DNA of 64,000 bases from an uncultured Clostridia bacterium. GTDB taxonomy: Bacteria; Bacillota; Clostridia; Oscillospirales; CAG-272. Where the stretch lies: positions 48,569 to 112,568 of the forward strand of contig CALXXF010000001.1 of the NCBI GenBank assembly GCA_944392615.1. The letters are read 5' to 3'. Position 1 is the stretch's first letter, and every line of letters starts with the position of its first letter. Below, piece after piece: positions 61,185-64,000 of the stretch. The position numbers were made by a program, and so were the translations under genes. The notes beneath the pieces were generated by a model. It was not told where the DNA came from. It worked only from the letters and a program-made list of their open reading frames with translations, and made no database searches.

Positions 61185-62417
61185 TCAGCTTTCTTGCTCA
61201 ATTTTTACAAAGGTTATACAGCCTATGTCTGACAGCTTTGTTTGTTTTCCGTCGCCCGATATCCTCAAAAGGGCACTCCCGTTTGAGATTATAACATCGT
61301 CTTTATCAATGGCATACGCAATCACGCCTTTTTTGATAACGGAAATCTGTCCGTCATACAGTTTGCACAATTCATACGAAGACGGTATTATACCGGGGTA
61401 CTTTTCGGAGCCGGATGAGTTTTTCTTGAGTTCCTTTGCGGCGTTTATTGCATGCCCCTCTATGTATATCCGTCCGTCGGATTTTTTTCTGGTTTTTGCA
61501 GGTGCATTGTCACGACTTTTCCTGAGATTTTTCCCTGAAAAAATTACGGAAAGAAAATTGAAAAATCCTATTATTCCGCCTACAAGTCTGACAGGAAAGA
61601 AGAGTATGTCGGTAAGACAGCCCAAAACGCTTGTACTTCCGCCGTCTTCTTCATATGGCTTCCTTATAAAGTAAATGTTTCCTTTTTCATCCGTTGAAGG
61701 CTTTATGTAATCGTACTTTCCGTCGGACAGCAGCTCCTCTGCCTGAAGAGCTGAAACGTCAAGTTTGCACAAAGCAGCCGGGCCTCTGCGCCTTTTAATG
61801 CGTATACCCGATGTGAAAAGAGCGTTTACTCCGTGATCGCTCTCCTCGTCAGCTTCCTTGTTTTCATCGTCGTTTATTTCAAGTCCGCTTGAGCTGTAAT
61901 ATATGACATTTTCTTCAAACCGCGAAAAAACAGGATATCTGTCCTCGCTGTCTCCCTCCGTAAGCATCCTGTAGTCGCTTTTACCTGCCTCTATTACTCC
62001 TATATGCGACTCGTTTGTGTATGAGTATCCTATGCTGGCTACAATTCGGTTATCGATTTTGTCAAATTCTCGTATCAATTCGGAGGTGCCGCTGTATATT
62101 ATCCCCTCCGCTGAATCTTCTTTTTTTATAAAAAGACCTGAAAAATCGTCTATAGTCTGGCTGTATATCACGGATGTCCCTTCGCATGCGACAGCGCTTG
62201 CAAACGACCGTATGCTGTTGACCTTTGTGTCTGCGTCTCCACCGGGCTCAAACTGTTCTGTAAAAACTGCCCCTTTTCCCTGTGTCTTCCATTCGTTTCT
62301 TTTGGCATTTGCGTATATTTTTTCAGTATATGACTTCAGTACGTCGCTTTGTATCTCGCTCGTTTTCCCGGAATCTATTCGGTACATCTTTCCTTTTGCT
62401 ATGAACAGGACTGTCAT
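61185..62417 (-). CDS. Hypothetical protein (410 aa, one central TM segment)
   Basis: RBS aaggag 7 nt before the ATG. No recognisable domain. Co-directional with, and immediately upstream of, mnmE. Confidence 0.6.
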   Translation of the reverse strand: MTVLFIAKGKMYRIDSGKTSEIQSDVLKSYTEKIYANAKRNEWKTQGKGAVFTEQFEPGGDADTKVNSIRSFASAVACEGTSVIYSQTIDDFSGLFIKKEDSAEGIIYSGTSELIREFDKIDNRIVASIGYSYTNESHIGVIEAGKSDYRMLTEGDSEDRYPVFSRFEENVIYYSSSGLEINDDENKEADEESDHGVNALFTSGIRIKRRRGPAALCKLDVSALQAEELLSDGKYDYIKPSTDEKGNIYFIRKPYEEDGGSTSVLGCLTDILFFPVRLVGGIIGFFNFLSVIFSGKNLRKSRDNAPAKTRKKSDGRIYIEGHAINAAKELKKNSSGSEKYPGIIPSSYELCKLYDGQISVIKKGVIAYAIDKDDVIISNGSALLRISGDGKQTKLSDIGCITFVKIEQES

Positions 62418-62660
62418 GCTTAGTCTCCTTATGTGAATACATTACTTCTATTGTCAGGAGTTGCTGGGATGCAGTAAATTTTTCGATTTTCGCATATTCT
62501 CGATCATTGAGTGTTTTTTTCTGGATTTATTGCGTCTTGTATATATGGTAAATGCCTGACGGGGTAAGTCAATGCCCCATGTCTTGTATTATGTGTATCC
62601 GTGCAAACAACAAAAGGTTCACTGTCATAGCCGGATAGATCCGTTAATCAGAATATGCTT

Positions 62661-63455
62661 TCAGATATAGTCCTTTATAAACCTGACGCATAGCGGTGCC
62701 CACTGGGCGGCATGACCGAGAGGGTCATTTGCTCCGTTTCCGAGTCCGAGACCGTGTGGTCCGTATGGAAATATGTGCAGCTCAAACGGGATGTTTTTGG
62801 CTCGCAGAGCGTTTGCAAACAGTATTGAATTTTCCACGGCAACGGCACCGTCTTCAGCAGTATGCCAGATGAAGCAGGGAGGGGTGTCCTGCTTAACACT
62901 GTTTTCTCCTGAGAGCTCAAATGCGAGAGCTTCGTCATTTATCTTGTCTCCGAGAAGACAGCTTTTTGTTTCGGGGTGTGTGTATTTTCCGAGTGATATA
63001 ACAGGGTAACAGAGTATTCCCAGATCAGGTCTTGAAGAGATTCTGTCTATGTCATCACCGTCGGTCTTGCCGAGATCAAAATGTGTGAGTGCCATTGACG
63101 CCAGATGTCCACCGGCAGAGAAGCCAAGTACCGCTATTTTGTTTTCATCATATCCGTATTCTCCGGAAAGAAAACGCGCTTTCCGGATAGCCCTTTTAAC
63201 GTCCTCAAGCATTGTAGGATAGCAATATGGCTTCACACGGTAGTCCAATACAAAGGCAGATATGCCGTTTTTGTTGAGCATTTCCGCTATCAATGTACCC
63301 TCAAGCTCGGAGGATTTTCCGATATAAGCGCCGCCTGGGGCTATTACTACACAGGCTGAAGAATCCTTTATGATATAAGGCACCATATACGGTTCAGGTC
63401 CCTTTTTTTCATCGTAATAAGGCGCCGTCGTTTTTTCCCAAAGCTTTATTTTCAT
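62661..63455 (-). CDS. Alpha/beta hydrolase (acetyl-esterase/lipase-like)
   Basis: GFSAGGHLA nucleophile elbow and a C-terminal His region. Confidence 0.8.
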   Translation of the reverse strand: MKIKLWEKTTAPYYDEKKGPEPYMVPYIIKDSSACVVIAPGGAYIGKSSELEGTLIAEMLNKNGISAFVLDYRVKPYCYPTMLEDVKRAIRKARFLSGEYGYDENKIAVLGFSAGGHLASMALTHFDLGKTDGDDIDRISSRPDLGILCYPVISLGKYTHPETKSCLLGDKINDEALAFELSGENSVKQDTPPCFIWHTAEDGAVAVENSILFANALRAKNIPFELHIFPYGPHGLGLGNGANDPLGHAAQWAPLCVRFIKDYI

Positions 63456-63604
63456 ATCCGGTCACTCCCGTCGTTTTGTGTTATCGGTTTTACTTTTCAC
63501 ACGATATTATAACAGTTTACATTATCTGTGTCAATGAATTTGTCAATGAATTGCGTTTTTCAGCCTATTTGCCTTTACAAAGTGAAATTTTTGTTGTATA
63601 ATCA

Positions 63605-63645
63605 TTGCATGGATGCATGTATGCATTTATGCATTTATGCATGGA
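63605..63645. repeat. ATGCAT-rich tandem/palindromic micro-repeat upstream of glyA
   Basis: tgcatggatgcatgtatgcatttatgcatttatgcatgg. Confidence 0.7.
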
Positions 63646-63726
63646 TACGGGATCGTATGTCGTGACGGCGACGCCACTCGGCATTGGTGACGTATTATCG
63701 GAATCAAGAATTAAGGAGTTGTTCAG

Positions 63727-64000
63727 ATGATTTACGAAAACATTGAGTTTCTTGCAAAATACGATGCCGACGTTGCCGACGCCGTCAAAAAAGAGCTTGA
63801 GCGTCAGCAAAACGGGATTGAGCTCATTGCCTCTGAAAATTTTGTGTCTGAGGCTGTTCTTGCCGCCAATTCATCGGTGCTTACTAACAAGTATGCAGAG
63901 GGATATCCGGGAAAGCGCTATTACGGCGGCTGCGAGTTTGTGGATGTAGTTGAAAACCTTGCCATAGAAAGAGTCAAGAAGCTTTTCGGAGCTGCATATG
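63727..64000 (+). CDS. glyA: Serine hydroxymethyltransferase (5' partial; continues beyond the window)
   Basis: [13 protein letters not shown]...LIASENFVS...[16 protein letters not shown] is aaggag. Confidence 0.9.
   Translation, partial: MIYENIEFLAKYDADVADAVKKELERQQNGIELIASENFVSEAVLAANSSVLTNKYAEGYPGKRYYGGCEFVDVVENLAIERVKKLFGAAY

Overview
This looks like a chromosomal core-genome segment of a spore-forming Firmicute (Clostridia-like); the taxonomy is inferred from the gene content, notably spoIIID and spoVM. Overall GC is about 50% by eye, coding density is high, and nearly all genes are housekeeping.

Gene order along the window:
- rplS (L19), rpmE (L31), hflX
- proB-proA-proC (proline biosynthesis)
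- an IMPACT/YigZ protein, then the dgt-dnaG-sigA macromolecular-synthesis cluster
- an orphan solute-binding-protein-like lipoprotein
- the str operon: rpsL-rpsG-fusA-tuf
- a cobalamin-like leader followed by an ECF S-component
- a SAM-I riboswitch followed by metK
- recD2 and comFC
- rplM-rpsI on the minus strand
- an S1-domain protein and spoIIID
- a DUF1836 / NfeD / flotillin operon
- a zinc-ribbon membrane protein
- HAD (Cof-type) and SGNH hydrolases
- a Thr T-box followed by thrS
- a QueG-like Fe-S protein, ldh, and a NUDIX hydrolase
- rsgA with a small spoVM-like gene
- a PHP-domain protein
- a TPP riboswitch followed by thiC-thiM-thiE-thiD
- a GH130 enzyme, a TetR regulator, and an SDR enzyme
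- an M16C peptidase and bcp
- a GT-C-like membrane protein, a UbiA (DPPR-synthase-like) protein, and a HAD phosphatase
- a YtqB-like methylase, mnmE carrying an insertion, a 410-aa hypothetical protein, an esterase, and the 5' end of glyA

I found no mobile elements, CRISPR arrays, rRNA or tRNA genes.

The most noteworthy items:
- a three-gene cluster for a candidate polyprenyl-phospho-pentose donor system (55281-58496)
- a 32-aa SpoVM-like gene with its own terminator that the ORF track misses (41669-41767)
- a cobalamin-riboswitch-like leader in front of an orphan ECF S-component
- a sigma-A carrying an E. coli-style acidic non-conserved region of about 250 aa
- an MnmE with an insertion of about 50 aa in its N-terminal domain

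Coordinates of refined start codons may be off by 1 to 2 nt; ORF-track boundaries were used wherever possible.
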